From positions 28,465 through 92,464 of the IMG/VR virus record IMGVR_UViG_3300014913_000759: 64,000 bases of DNA. One strand, written 5' to 3'. The notes under the pieces were generated by a model. The model worked only from the letters and a program-made list of their open reading frames with translations. It was not told the origin of the DNA and searched no databases. Shown piece by piece: positions 39,801 through 48,791 of the stretch. The stretch comes from a virus. Numbering within the stretch: position 1 is the first letter of the stretch; each line of letters begins with the position of its first letter. A program made the translations under genes and the position numbers.

Positions 39801-40930
39801 CCAGGCTCAGTAAATAGGTCTGCAGAGCCCAAACCATTCTCTGCCCAATCCCTTCTTCCACCTTCCACACTATGTATAAAAGGGTTAAACTCTACATAAC
39901 TATCGACACTTCCATCAAATAATTCTAATAACTGGAAAGACTTTATCTTAAAAGAAGATTTGGGCCTAAAACCAGAAGCAGGGTCTTCACCAGTAGTTTT
40001 TGTAGATGCGTCGGCTGTGCCGCTAAAAAATCCCAACGTCTCGGCTGCTGAACTACTCTCTACCGAAACAATACTATCTGAGGTATAGGTGCCTGAATAT
40101 ATTTTAAATCTGCCTAGCTCCGAATAAGTTACGTTTACTTCGGCATAGCCGCCTACGTCTACTTGTGATAATTTTTTTATAAGATCTTTTGCAAGTGAAT
40201 CGCCAGATATATTTGTGCCTGAGGCCAAAGTTATCTGCTCGGCGCCATAACCATTAATGTTCACTATCAACTCGTCGTTTGAACCTGGAATAATATCAAA
40301 GTAGTTGCTTTCTTTTGGTTGTGCCACACACGTACCGCGTTTTCCTATGCCTTGGCAGGGGTGTGAGTAGCTGTTGTAAAAGGAGCATGTTGGGTTTGAA
40401 CAACTGAACGATGAAACAGAGTCTATCTTTATAATCTTTATAAAAAATTCGTCGCCATCTCCACCATCCAATATGGGGTACAACCTTAGATCGTTTACAT
40501 CACCTTGCCACCATTGGGCGTTGCCCATATTTAAGTTGTAGGTGTGCCATGCATTGTCCGGGTATATTGTAAAATCTAGGCTTTTGTCAGAGTCCCATGC
40601 TGGGTCATTTATCGTTTGCCATTGTAATCTAGCTGTGGTAGGTGTGGTATCTGACACATTATTAATCTTCATTGAGATTTTTACTGTATAGTGCGATTCC
40701 GCAGGTACCGGCGTGAAAGTGCTCGACCTACCTATCCTGCCACTAGTACCGTAAACTGTACCAAACAAAAACCCATTCCAGGCGCCATAAGTATGTACCA
40801 ATGAGACAGAATCCCAACCGTCCAGGTTGCCATTCTCACTAAAATCAGCTTCGTATCCAGTCGAGGTGTCATATAAACACTCGTTGGATATCTCTAATGT
40901 TGTAGCTTCATTTACAAAGTTATAGCTCAT
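33809..40930 (-). CDS. Giant (2373 aa) multidomain virion-type protein with carbohydrate-binding-like, discoidin and LamG domains
   Basis: 'WHTYNLNM...DLRLYP' CBM-like; LamG 'KFGNGAALFDG...GRMDEIRIS'; discoidin 'QWLEISF...YNIQVSMDGENY'; C-terminal LamG 'GTVEFWLRP'. Confidence 0.72.
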   Translation of the reverse strand: MSYNFVNEATTLEISNECLYDTSTGYEADFSENGNLDGWDSVSLVHTYGAWNGFLFGTVYGTSGRIGRSSTFTPVPAESHYTVKISMKINNVSDTTPTTARLQWQTINDPAWDSDKSLDFTIYPDNAWHTYNLNMGNAQWWQGDVNDLRLYPILDGGDGDEFFIKIIKIDSVSSFSCSNPTCSFYNSYSHPCQGIGKRGTCVAQPKESNYFDIIPGSNDELIVNINGYGAEQITLASGTNISGDSLAKDLIKKLSQVDVGGYAEVNVTYSELGRFKIYSGTYTSDSIVSVESSSAAETLGFFSGTADASTKTTGEDPASGFRPKSSFKIKSFQLLELFDGSVDSYVEFNPFIHSVEGGRRDWAENGLGSADLFTEPGVADRQLIYDIVENEDKTIIDFNHPFNASGKITKIYLVGSLEAEDGSIRTGCKLKILRQNKEGQMTVVHTIDVPDRPGGGALYSENQEYVVVDCNLRVNKGDFLGAYNIDIYMGKSYSEQPDALYYQVAGEATGTFSPGTIRGDGNAGFFFYAHGEDKQKKLFIDIDLGKRVNIKDIDITGRSLSDILEYNIARCVDIDWQVDLFGGTHNTGYWDVWNAQWVDYVHANVAYGKDNLTDGICGNENGLAADAYSAGDSTGLVPVNPKYFYVNGDAEWVGVKYHVGQYKSDPYVDNFEEDPIAFTMLFPSNKDKTIFKSVMYFKDRMNFRTFALSTYLGPDITSGNADNSHFQYIPSYDAVTVDSVRYHEESQGYENVEAYLFENPSSASFEWGGDDGSLLLNNDAIRAADIVYWNVLTHEFGPIRCKGFRIFTDYHKSTKINELELYCYVDNVGTGVNDSVAVKYSQYEDLWLDGDPQPNEDGSSTIFVGSTPQYIRIEIEPVTGLQLSDLSFSISSQDVYVGDKGCEYQILLDHSKKGSTNQAKKIDFKNVYDKSFNFYADIPQDAEYSKGLTFYSKMNSAESILNPEIGPGAFYIKKDDYPLVLRDNNCAINCPVYGLKNIVDGAVGYNSIDGDYWELHGTVTSGVSVDFSNFKSQVRTVINIPVQYTDRYWKLGFSCEDQEMNIRETRIYDQNGNLLDYVAYHDPGVSWAGPVSSDAPHLDNGSLTGSYYVLENDSYLTFDVGGQESVTKIVLYNDNTTLDYSNSGCGIDRYTRLCLHCNQEAGYGLTDFFDSSYFPKTVHARGNTYIDNTTKFGNGAALFDGDPNTYLEVDHDDDFDFNSYRWAVDFWFKANSYPQEQTDWCYTISGTGTGSGNILNVNDHDRDTYFHMDHGTSVIVDWGTVQPIDTVYIKWWPKSNFNHYWYGKTSSGSWELFGSGGGQPGGSPSENWYLESRKYYSAIRLTVSASPGGAYIYDVRAITIDDDKDFVLAKNWGGKHPTRDWDSASGSDSWILLWRDYGNLRSLEFYARFYRSGWGNLLSSYNTFRSPSLTDFQHIALQIGPRGGYPWDFWAVYVNGSRKISQELQADYLRDTDNPIIFGKNVDGRMDEIRISRGDISADDNNYAGGARYHINSNTPFDHAYNRFYGVSLYTSLDNSTYGHYCDIDVKYEVDDPDVYYDSANVWSSPFNSYFAIDLGRRYALQIVRNYAGTDLLTCSLTTSTAYSNEDTSNINEVTFDGSYDDARWIRFSMYSGDSTDRYIRKLGVYPSLTNYIAPQGGAYNHLWDDLGTAITAYSAGRNVAFNATVSGSSEFGRLYLGKVVDGIVGDTITDAWGSNTSSTQWLEISFDKTYPIYRVMMYHGYSEDDSYLIEDYNIQVSMDGENYTTIFDITGNTEYEREHELSAPVYANSLKINITSYQTGEQIYLPEAGDGSYDYFQGACLREVEVNEYYGFDYISSEEYPIIAIDLLDQFQISGHNLIGIDPEDTSKDWDNSEGNFAWADSILDDPKKISFSSWGAGAHMHHDRWVAIKRNTATDLGSGPDYLKHAKILTTEDPDPTQYHWWWRADLSTLSNDYNRTKDGVRTLRVDYPTGSGIDHLRLVEGDTFGTDEKAAWRDALAFWLYIDDVDKLDDYGYIYFGDVNSSDYLEYRWDISFLKPLMFNGWNNMFLRFKSATDVLYVRQSDDSLPDPRIIRYRELKSFGMYFRGTGDPITMYIDSMKIERNQFQDIGRFDYGLYISGDDYVSAPLADFKLTQGTVEFWLRPDYIYMGADTYSDIKYRSLFHFANVPNDIFGAMIGIEGIIVYVGNLGEEPIMMDVEADYWNIDDMFHLAFVYSNDGTAIDTDGSTLRVYFNGYEIAKIYDTWDVSDSKKFRFFIGGKGLHAIRDVFESSSVDGVVSDFKIHNYCKTDFSDSLAGTEEVREKLWKPNELIEISKDNVTFYGVGDPGLPLLYEDVAPGNTASVYVRSSLPDTLTGRENREATILASWFVSI

Positions 40931-41330
40931 TTGGTATTCTCTTTATTTTACAATCCTTATATACTTTTAAAAGGCACGTGCCTTTACCGTCGACTCCATT
41001 ACATTTACCACAATATATTAATACTCTCGGTTGTCGGCCAAGAAACGCCTCTCTTATTTCTCCTTTTGCTGCAGAATTCATAACCAGTTGCGAAAGCCTT
41101 CTTCGCTCTCTTTCCTCTATTTCTTTAAAAGTGAGCTTCTCTATAGCACCACAGTTGTTACATTCGTATACCAAATAGTTGTTGATAAAACCATCAACTA
41201 TATTGTCAACATCATCAAAGACGAAAGATTCTGGAAGTGCAAAATCAGAAAAAGAAAGTGTTCTATTATAAAGCATCCTGCCTTCACCGCAAAAAGTACA
41301 GGTTGTTGTTAGTAGTGTATTCTCTTCCAT
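40920..41330 (-). CDS. Cys-rich zinc-binding hypothetical protein
   Basis: CTFC, CNNC, CGKC...C...C. Confidence 0.7.
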   Translation of the reverse strand: MEENTLLTTTCTFCGEGRMLYNRTLSFSDFALPESFVFDDVDNIVDGFINNYLVYECNNCGAIEKLTFKEIEERERRRLSQLVMNSAAKGEIREAFLGRQPRVLIYCGKCNGVDGKGTCLLKVYKDCKIKRIPNEL

Positions 41331-41332
41331 TA

Positions 41333-44300
41333 TTAACCTCTAGATCTATCATTACACATCATGTCCAAGGCACCGCCCCAGTTTGGAGAATTTGCTGCTG
41401 CGGCGGAGTCGCCGCCTACCATGAGATCTTTTTCTTGTTTCTGCAGCATATGCCAGGAACGCAATGTATAGTATGATTGTAGTCCGGTAGCGGCCGCTTT
41501 TGTTTCGCCGGTAGACATCTCTATAAATTTTAGCTGTGCGATTCGATGAATTTCATCAATAAGGTAGCACTTAGTAAGTTTGTGGTAATCTGCCCAATCA
41601 TACTCATAGCCTTTTGGGTACCACAAGCGCTGTTTTTCATATGAATCGGTACCTGGAACATTCATCCACTTTCTAAGTTCTGAGGTAAGTCTACAGGTCT
41701 GTCCCACCAATGTACCAGAGGAGGCACCGACTTCACTAAAAAATTCTCTAAGATTTGGAGGAACAATAGTCTTAAAAGTTGTAACTTTTCCTTTATCCAA
41801 ATTACGTGCCTCTGTATACAGAATTTCTTGCTCAGACTCTGCCTTGTGAACTTGACCTTCTCTTTTTATATCATAATCGAACTCCTCTTCGTCTTCACGA
41901 TCTTCGCTGCAAATGATGCTTTTCATTTTATTCCAACCCTGCCCCTGGTCGCTGCTTATGTTATTATCAAAAAAGTAAACTCCGGAATTATCATTGTTCT
42001 GTTCGTATCCTATGATTCGTTGTTCGCCATCCGGATTCCAATTACCATGAGAGCCCGTTGAAACTAAATATTTTCTTTCATATACCTTTATTCTGTCTGC
42101 ACCATCAACATATGTGGCGCCGTAAATAGTTATACCGCGGAAAGAAATAACATCTGCGGACTGAAGCTCTATACGTAAAGACTGTGTTCGTTTTGCTTTT
42201 GCTGGAGGATTCGAACCCAACATCCTGGTTGGATTGATAGGTAGTTTTAATTCTTTTGTCCATGGATCAGTACCCACACCAGCCTCTCTTTCACTTTGTG
42301 TTTGACGCGTTGCTCTTGACGAAGCGATTGTGTCCGAGTCGTCGTTTTCGTATATAGATATATTGGGCTGACTTAATGTAATTTTGCCACCATCCACAAT
42401 ATGATTGCCTTTATATCCTGTTATTTCAACCTTACTTACACAAGGAGTGCACTCTTTTTTGAAAGTTATATTTATTTCAACTGTGTAAGCATCTAACCAG
42501 CTAGCGGTAGCCGCTGGAATATCGATGTCTGGCTGCGGGTCGTAGAAAATATCATAATCGTTACCTTCTGACAGCACGCTCTCCTCGTAAGGCATGTATT
42601 TTAATGCACTTCTATATATATTCGCTATAAGACCTCTGTTATAAACATAACTACTCGTTTCATCTAGCAAACGGTCATAGGAAACTACTATTTCTCTTTC
42701 GGCATCTTTGGCTTCCTGAACTTCCTTCGTGGCCTCACTATCATAAAGCATGTTGTTTAGGCCTGGGTAAAGATCATCCTTAGAATGGATCCAATTAGAA
42801 TTTGTAGTAGTTTTTTCATATATACTAGGTTCAGAGCCGCCGCCAGAACCACCCACCTCACCCTCATTTTCATCTTCCCACTCAACTTGACTGGAGTTGT
42901 ATTCACTGTAAACACACTTAAAATATCGCTCTTTGCCGCTGCCCAACTTCATACTTGGCCACTTAGTGAGCTTGCACTCAGATTCGTCAAATTGTGGTGC
43001 CTTAAACTGTACTGTGTGGACACCCTCAGAAATTATAAATCTATGTTCCATCTTATCCTTGTCGAATATATATTCCGGTTTTTCCCAATTGACCATTGCC
43101 AACTCGCCAGACTCAACTTCTATATTTTTCCATCTTTCTTGCCACGCCCACATAACCGAATCATCTTTAAAATAATAGTAAGCTACATACGGCCTATTGA
43201 TAGATTTATCTTCTATGAAAGGTTCCGGATAAGATGCATAAGCCATCCGGCGCAAACCAAACAAAGAGTCAAAATCGTGCCTATCATCCTCAGAAGGAAT
43301 AGACTCGCCAACTAAAGTAGAACATTGCAAAAAATTCATTTGGTTGGCATAACTAAGATAATACCCATCAATACAATTAAAATCATTAAAGAAACAACTA
43401 TTATCCATAACCATTGGGGCCCATGCCACACTAGGCACTGGCTCTTGTCCTTTCAATGAGATATGAGAGATGTTGTCTATACTGCGCCATCTTTCTACTT
43501 GGTCTCTTAAAACATTACCAAATTTAGGTAGTTCCCAACCGAAACCGGCGTATATTTCAGCACTAACTCGGCCTCTTTTAAGTGCATACCCTGTAAACAA
43601 CGTTGATTGTGTTTTTATTTTATCAAAACCACACCCCCAATCCTCAGCACAATCCCACAGTGTGGAGTGTGGTTCACACCATGGCGTGCTAATTATGGGA
43701 CCCATCATCCTCATATCGCCTTCGCGTGGACAACCCTCTACGGGCTTTACTACAGAGTTTGCTCCAGTCCAAATATCATAGAAAAAATAATTATCACAAG
43801 AATCATAAGGAAACCACATCGGGCCTTGTCCACCAAACGGACTGATCTCGTGGTCTCCACATGGTGGCGTTGACCCAGCACCGGCCTGGCCAGCCAACAT
43901 CTTATAGAATGGTCCATCTTTCATTCTCCTTAAAAACCCTTGCATGGGTCTGACTTCGATTCTGGTTCCTTTTGCTGACCAGCCATAAACTATCTCTACA
44001 TCCCTACACAGTACTCTAGCCACATCCATCATTAGTTTGGTTGCAAAAACACAAACCAACCTACCATCCTCATCTGTAAACTTGCCGCAAACCGCAACTG
44101 TGTTTTGATAGATCTGGCTCGCCGTTATCGTGCTGTTTGTTGTCGTCAACTGGTAAGACGGGCCTGAAAACCTGACTAAAGGGTCATCTAACGGTGGGAA
44201 TACCACCTCCACGCCCTCACTTTCATCATCATCATTAGATATGAATAGGTACCAATAATCCAGTTTAATTTCCCATCCCGCACTCTCGAAAAAACCTTTC

Positions 44301-46636
44301 TTTACGCTTGAGTCTGCAGGAGTTATAACACAAGCGTTTGGGGGCATATTATTTTTCTGGTGTGCTCCGCCAGGATATAACCCTCTCATCTCCACAACTT
44401 CTTTTGTGCCGTCGCTTTTTTCACACTCAACTTTTATATTCGTAACTTGCCATTGAAAAATATAGTTCAAATTCATATCATCAATTTCTAACCAAAGAGT
44501 TCCAGCGTTGTCTACGCGTTTCCACTTGGTTATTTTCTTGTTTGTTACAGTTTTCTTCTTAATACAATAAGTATAATTGTAGCCATAACTGGTTCTACTT
44601 GACCACACAAACTGTCTCAAAGCGCCAAAAGAACCTGCGGATTGTGTTCTGCAGGCATATCTATTTGTTCCATGTAAAGGAAACATCTTAGCGGTTGCTT
44701 CGGCATCGGGTGTAAATGAGTGGTATCCATCATCAATGTAGGCGTTATCTCCTGCATAGTCGTGATTAAACGTGCTCTGTACAATTACACCGCCGTGCCA
44801 CTGAGACCATACTTTTCTTTTTCTAAAATACCATGTGCCGCCATACTCATAGGCCACATATAATTCATTTATCTTTTGATATGTTATATCGACGGGGCCT
44901 ACAGCAAAAAGACCATTAGCATCTGCGCTGGATTTATATATAATTCCTTTTTTAGTTAGCTCCTCAATGAGGTCATTCATCTCCTCATCTAGTTTTATTA
45001 CATCTTCTTCTTTCTGTATTGCTAATGACCCTGTGTTATCTTTTATAATACTCGGTATTGTTACACTTTCCTCTTTCAGTGTTTGTGCATTAAATACGTA
45101 CACATCCACATTCCTAACACACCACCCTATTACGGACACAGCATCGCCCTCTATAGAATGATACCTTTTAACACAAGGAACTATGTCTTCATCATTTATT
45201 TCTGAACACGGGTTCTCGTTCTTATCTTCGTCAAAAGGGTCTTTTTCAGCATAAGGATAGACTATGTTTAGCGGTGGGTACGCCCACTCCTCTACATCTC
45301 TAATTAGACTTGGAAACTGGTGCTCCGAATTATTAGGTGCTGACGTTCCTTTTGCAATATATTTGACTTCTTCTACCTGTATTAGATCTTTTGAGAATTC
45401 GTTCCTAACATTTGGTACACACAAACTACACCTTTTACCCATTAAAACTGAATCTACTGGTTTTTCTGATAGTGTGGCCCATCTACCATACGTATATATA
45501 TCAGATGTGTCTGGGTCTGTTCTGTTGGGAGGCCTTTTGAAAACAGAATCGTATTCTTCTTTGCTTTCCCAATCGTTCATCCAGAAACGTAGCTCTAGAA
45601 TCTGTTGTGCAGATATCCTGTCGCCCTTGTCCATAAGTTCGTCCACACAGTATATCCACTTACCGGTATACCCTGGGCAGTCGGTACGGCAGCCATTACA
45701 TATTACGCCGCCTGCCTCGGCCCACACATTCTCTAATATAGATTCTGTTGGTGGAGGATTTGCTACTGACTCAGTATGATAGGGTGTGGTAGCTTCATCT
45801 GGGTTAGAACATAGGTCGCCGCTTTCCAGATGTAATCCAGCCGTTTCATAAACAAAATTGCCGGACTCATCCGCATCCCAGTACGCACATTTTTGTAGTT
45901 TGGCCCTGACATTGTATATCCTGAAAGAAAATGGTAATCTTTCTTCATATTCTTCGCGCTCGTCACCAACCCACTGGCCATCAGGACCTCGAGTCGTTGT
46001 AGTTACACCTTTTGTAAGTGATGTGGTTCTGGGTTTTTTAGCTCCGAAGGCAAGGTGGTAGGGTCTGTAGTAGTTACAGACTACGGGTAGTTTAACAAAC
46101 TCTTCGTTGGAACAATCCTCTCCATTGCCTGAATAGTCCCAGCCGTCCTGGCCGCGGCCGAAGCCGCAGCCATCACAGCGACCCACAAAATCAGAATCTG
46201 CGTTATGCCCTCTTATTTCAGAAGACTTAACTGGTCTCCATGGATCATTGTCGGTTTCTCTTTTCCAGAGACCAGATCTATGTGGGCAGGTTGCTACACA
46301 TACATATTGCTCTAAATCTTCATTGCTTGCTTCATATTGGTCACACTCATATCTTCTACCAAGAAGATCACATTGTCCTGTTCCATAACCACTAGGAATT
46401 ATCTTGAGTTTAGTTTCGTTGTCTGTTTTATCAAAAGAACACTTACCAGGGTCACCGGGTTGCCAATGTGTGCATACACCAGGCAAACCTTGAACCCAAT
46501 ACTGACAAGTATTAAGTGTTTTTCGTACACCAGACCTTATATCGTCAGAGGAAGTACCATAAGGACTACGAGGTTTATCGTCTATATACTCGCCCGGCCT
46601 TGATGTATCATAATAATGTGTGTAATCACCAGACAT
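41333..46636 (-). CDS. Large (1767 aa) hypothetical protein with a Cys-rich N-terminal third
   Basis: Long ORF coupled (TAATG) to the upstream gene; more than 20 Cys in the first ~340 aa; no family recognised. Confidence 0.7.
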   Translation of the reverse strand: MSGDYTHYYDTSRPGEYIDDKPRSPYGTSSDDIRSGVRKTLNTCQYWVQGLPGVCTHWQPGDPGKCSFDKTDNETKLKIIPSGYGTGQCDLLGRRYECDQYEASNEDLEQYVCVATCPHRSGLWKRETDNDPWRPVKSSEIRGHNADSDFVGRCDGCGFGRGQDGWDYSGNGEDCSNEEFVKLPVVCNYYRPYHLAFGAKKPRTTSLTKGVTTTTRGPDGQWVGDEREEYEERLPFSFRIYNVRAKLQKCAYWDADESGNFVYETAGLHLESGDLCSNPDEATTPYHTESVANPPPTESILENVWAEAGGVICNGCRTDCPGYTGKWIYCVDELMDKGDRISAQQILELRFWMNDWESKEEYDSVFKRPPNRTDPDTSDIYTYGRWATLSEKPVDSVLMGKRCSLCVPNVRNEFSKDLIQVEEVKYIAKGTSAPNNSEHQFPSLIRDVEEWAYPPLNIVYPYAEKDPFDEDKNENPCSEINDEDIVPCVKRYHSIEGDAVSVIGWCVRNVDVYVFNAQTLKEESVTIPSIIKDNTGSLAIQKEEDVIKLDEEMNDLIEELTKKGIIYKSSADANGLFAVGPVDITYQKINELYVAYEYGGTWYFRKRKVWSQWHGGVIVQSTFNHDYAGDNAYIDDGYHSFTPDAEATAKMFPLHGTNRYACRTQSAGSFGALRQFVWSSRTSYGYNYTYCIKKKTVTNKKITKWKRVDNAGTLWLEIDDMNLNYIFQWQVTNIKVECEKSDGTKEVVEMRGLYPGGAHQKNNMPPNACVITPADSSVKKGFFESAGWEIKLDYWYLFISNDDDESEGVEVVFPPLDDPLVRFSGPSYQLTTTNSTITASQIYQNTVAVCGKFTDEDGRLVCVFATKLMMDVARVLCRDVEIVYGWSAKGTRIEVRPMQGFLRRMKDGPFYKMLAGQAGAGSTPPCGDHEISPFGGQGPMWFPYDSCDNYFFYDIWTGANSVVKPVEGCPREGDMRMMGPIISTPWCEPHSTLWDCAEDWGCGFDKIKTQSTLFTGYALKRGRVSAEIYAGFGWELPKFGNVLRDQVERWRSIDNISHISLKGQEPVPSVAWAPMVMDNSCFFNDFNCIDGYYLSYANQMNFLQCSTLVGESIPSEDDRHDFDSLFGLRRMAYASYPEPFIEDKSINRPYVAYYYFKDDSVMWAWQERWKNIEVESGELAMVNWEKPEYIFDKDKMEHRFIISEGVHTVQFKAPQFDESECKLTKWPSMKLGSGKERYFKCVYSEYNSSQVEWEDENEGEVGGSGGGSEPSIYEKTTTNSNWIHSKDDLYPGLNNMLYDSEATKEVQEAKDAEREIVVSYDRLLDETSSYVYNRGLIANIYRSALKYMPYEESVLSEGNDYDIFYDPQPDIDIPAATASWLDAYTVEINITFKKECTPCVSKVEITGYKGNHIVDGGKITLSQPNISIYENDDSDTIASSRATRQTQSEREAGVGTDPWTKELKLPINPTRMLGSNPPAKAKRTQSLRIELQSADVISFRGITIYGATYVDGADRIKVYERKYLVSTGSHGNWNPDGEQRIIGYEQNNDNSGVYFFDNNISSDQGQGWNKMKSIICSEDREDEEEFDYDIKREGQVHKAESEQEILYTEARNLDKGKVTTFKTIVPPNLREFFSEVGASSGTLVGQTCRLTSELRKWMNVPGTDSYEKQRLWYPKGYEYDWADYHKLTKCYLIDEIHRIAQLKFIEMSTGETKAAATGLQSYYTLRSWHMLQKQEKDLMVGGDSAAAANSPNWGGALDMMCNDRSRG

Positions 46637-46938
46637 TATATATCCTCTACCTCCATCCTCATCCTTCCTGTATGCTCATCAACGGTAAACCATACCTTAC
46701 TGTTATTCTCGTAGTAGCCAATTGACCTTGACTCGACACGAAACGTCTCTGGTTTGGCAGGAACCATTGAGCCTCTTTTCTTTTGTATATAGGCTTCCTT
46801 GTTATGTATATCCCACTGTCTACCATCGTAATGTAAAGTAAGGCGAATGATCCCAACCTTAGGTACTTGTTTCCATTCTTTTTGGGATTCATTTATCGTA
46901 GTGCCGTCGGCATACTCCACTTCCCAGCCTCTTCTCAT
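46636..46938 (-). CDS. Hypothetical protein (paralog of 49639-50022)
   Basis: 'WEVEYADG...WKQVP..I.RL' matches 'FIVTYPDG...WKQIP..L.NL'; strong GGAGG Shine-Dalgarno. Confidence 0.7.
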   Translation of the reverse strand: MRRGWEVEYADGTTINESQKEWKQVPKVGIIRLTLHYDGRQWDIHNKEAYIQKKRGSMVPAKPETFRVESRSIGYYENNSKVWFTVDEHTGRMRMEVEDI

Positions 46939-46961
46939 AACACATATCCTCCTCTCCTAGA

Positions 46962-47183
46962 TTATTTCTTTTTATCGGTTTGGGGCTTATTACTTTTCTT
47001 TTTTTGTTCCTTCAAACCATAGCTGTCTTTAGCCCAACCGCGACCCTTAAGTTGAAAGTTACTCGGAGACAGAACTTTCTTCATTCGTCGACCGCACTCT
47101 GGACACGTAGTAGTTTTAATAGGCCTATCGAACAGCTGCTCCATACAATTACCACATTTACATTCAAATTCGTATATTGGCAT
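46962..47183 (-). CDS. FmdB-family zinc-ribbon protein
   Basis: 'MPIYEFECKCG...CPECG..MKKVLS...F.LKG.GW' is the FmdB/CxxC_CxxC_SSSS pattern. Confidence 0.85.
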   Translation of the reverse strand: MPIYEFECKCGNCMEQLFDRPIKTTTCPECGRRMKKVLSPSNFQLKGRGWAKDSYGLKEQKKKSNKPQTDKKK

Positions 47184-47207
47184 TGTCCTGATTCCTTTCC
47201 TTAATTT

Positions 47208-48776
47208 TTACGCATAATCAAAATAGATACGATAATTTATCGTACTATTAGCTCCCACCTCACTAGCTCCGAGTTTTATGTTTAAGAAAATCGGGTCAGC
47301 TACCATACCCATATCCGGACTATTTCCTATGGTTTCGCTGCTGTCGGCATCAGCAACTACTGCCAAGTCTTCCTTGGTGGCGTATAAGTAGCTTGGTGGT
47401 GTATCACTATCTATATCAGCTGCGGAAACGTCTGTGTGCCATTCTCTTCCATCTGTAGGATTTGTTCCAGCATTATTACCAGGACCTACGGTACCAAACC
47501 TAAATTTGGTATCGTTGTTACCAGTATCGTGGTGGCTGAAACTTCCATGGTTCTGGAGCCCAAACTTAACGGTATCCATCTCTACGGCACCAGACTGGAT
47601 CTCGAAAATCACACACTTCACGCTGGACTCTGTACTGACAGTAACGTTTCCATAATTCAAGTTACTGATATCATAGCTCTGTGGTTGAGGTGCTGTACAC
47701 ACAACATAGAATTCGTCGCCTGCTCTGAAGTTATTGTTGCCGGTAAATTTGATGTACACACCCCTAGAACCCAGTCTAGTAAAAGACGACTCGCTCGTTA
47801 CTATGGCTGCTCCGCCCCAATCATCACCTCTAGTACTAGCCCAAATATACTCTGCCGTTGCTGCTGGTGCTTGTGTGTTAGCACCATTTGTATACTGGCA
47901 GTATGTACATTGGATGGTCCAAGCAGGATTTACTGTATTAAATACTGCATCAGTAAACTTAACCATTAAGCCTTTAGTTCCAACATGATACCAATAGTTA
48001 GGGTATAAAATCTCTATTGGTCCGCCATCATCAGCACTGCCAGTAGACGTCCAACTCAACGTTGGAACATTACCCGTTCCGCCCCCCATGGTAGTGCCGT
48101 TGGTAGTGTCAATAGAAAGCGTGTATTGAATATCACCAGTGTAATTAAATACACCTCCAGTTGTAATCGTCCCAGTGTAGGAGTTAGAACCACCCTTTAA
48201 AGGTGTTCCTATGTTGGTGCCTGTTCCGTTAGAACCCTTGCTGATTATTATTCGATATGTTTCATCGAAAAAACCGTCGAAGGTTCCAGAAACAGTAATG
48301 CCTCCATTGTAATTATTACCACTGGTAGTTGTCTGGTTGGTTGCTGCGGCACCTCCAGTTTCTGTTTTAGAACCAAAACCAAGCTCTATATGAGCAGTAT
48401 TAGTACCGCTCGCAACAACTACTGATGTTCCGCTTCCTATATCACCTGAGTAAACCTTAAGCTTGTTGTTTTCCCAAACACATTGTGCCTGGTCAAAAGC
48501 AACATCATTTTTACCTAGGTTGTGAAGTTTCTCGCTTATATCTCTAGCCACGAACCTCGGATCAAGATCTGTGCCGCTGGCCAAGGTAATATAAGGAGCA
48601 CTCACACCGCCTATACTCATGTGTAGGCGGTTGTTAGATGATCCAATGTCGAAAGAATCTCCAACACTAGCGTCTGCTCTGGCAAAAGCCCTAGTACCTT
48701 TACCAGCAGCGCCTCCGGTGCCGACTGTTCCGGAGACTGAGACGTTGTACTCTACCCATCTTGTAACTGCACTCAT
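47208..48776 (-). CDS. Gly/Thr-rich virion structural protein
   Basis: 522 aa, beta-rich; contains a module shared with the 2373-aa protein and the 55555-56553 protein; strong Shine-Dalgarno. Confidence 0.65.
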   Translation of the reverse strand: MSAVTRWVEYNVSVSGTVGTGGAAGKGTRAFARADASVGDSFDIGSSNNRLHMSIGGVSAPYITLASGTDLDPRFVARDISEKLHNLGKNDVAFDQAQCVWENNKLKVYSGDIGSGTSVVVASGTNTAHIELGFGSKTETGGAAATNQTTTSGNNYNGGITVSGTFDGFFDETYRIIISKGSNGTGTNIGTPLKGGSNSYTGTITTGGVFNYTGDIQYTLSIDTTNGTTMGGGTGNVPTLSWTSTGSADDGGPIEILYPNYWYHVGTKGLMVKFTDAVFNTVNPAWTIQCTYCQYTNGANTQAPAATAEYIWASTRGDDWGGAAIVTSESSFTRLGSRGVYIKFTGNNNFRAGDEFYVVCTAPQPQSYDISNLNYGNVTVSTESSVKCVIFEIQSGAVEMDTVKFGLQNHGSFSHHDTGNNDTKFRFGTVGPGNNAGTNPTDGREWHTDVSAADIDSDTPPSYLYATKEDLAVVADADSSETIGNSPDMGMVADPIFLNIKLGASEVGANSTINYRIYFDYA

Positions 48777-48791
48777 AGTTTAATTCCTCCT

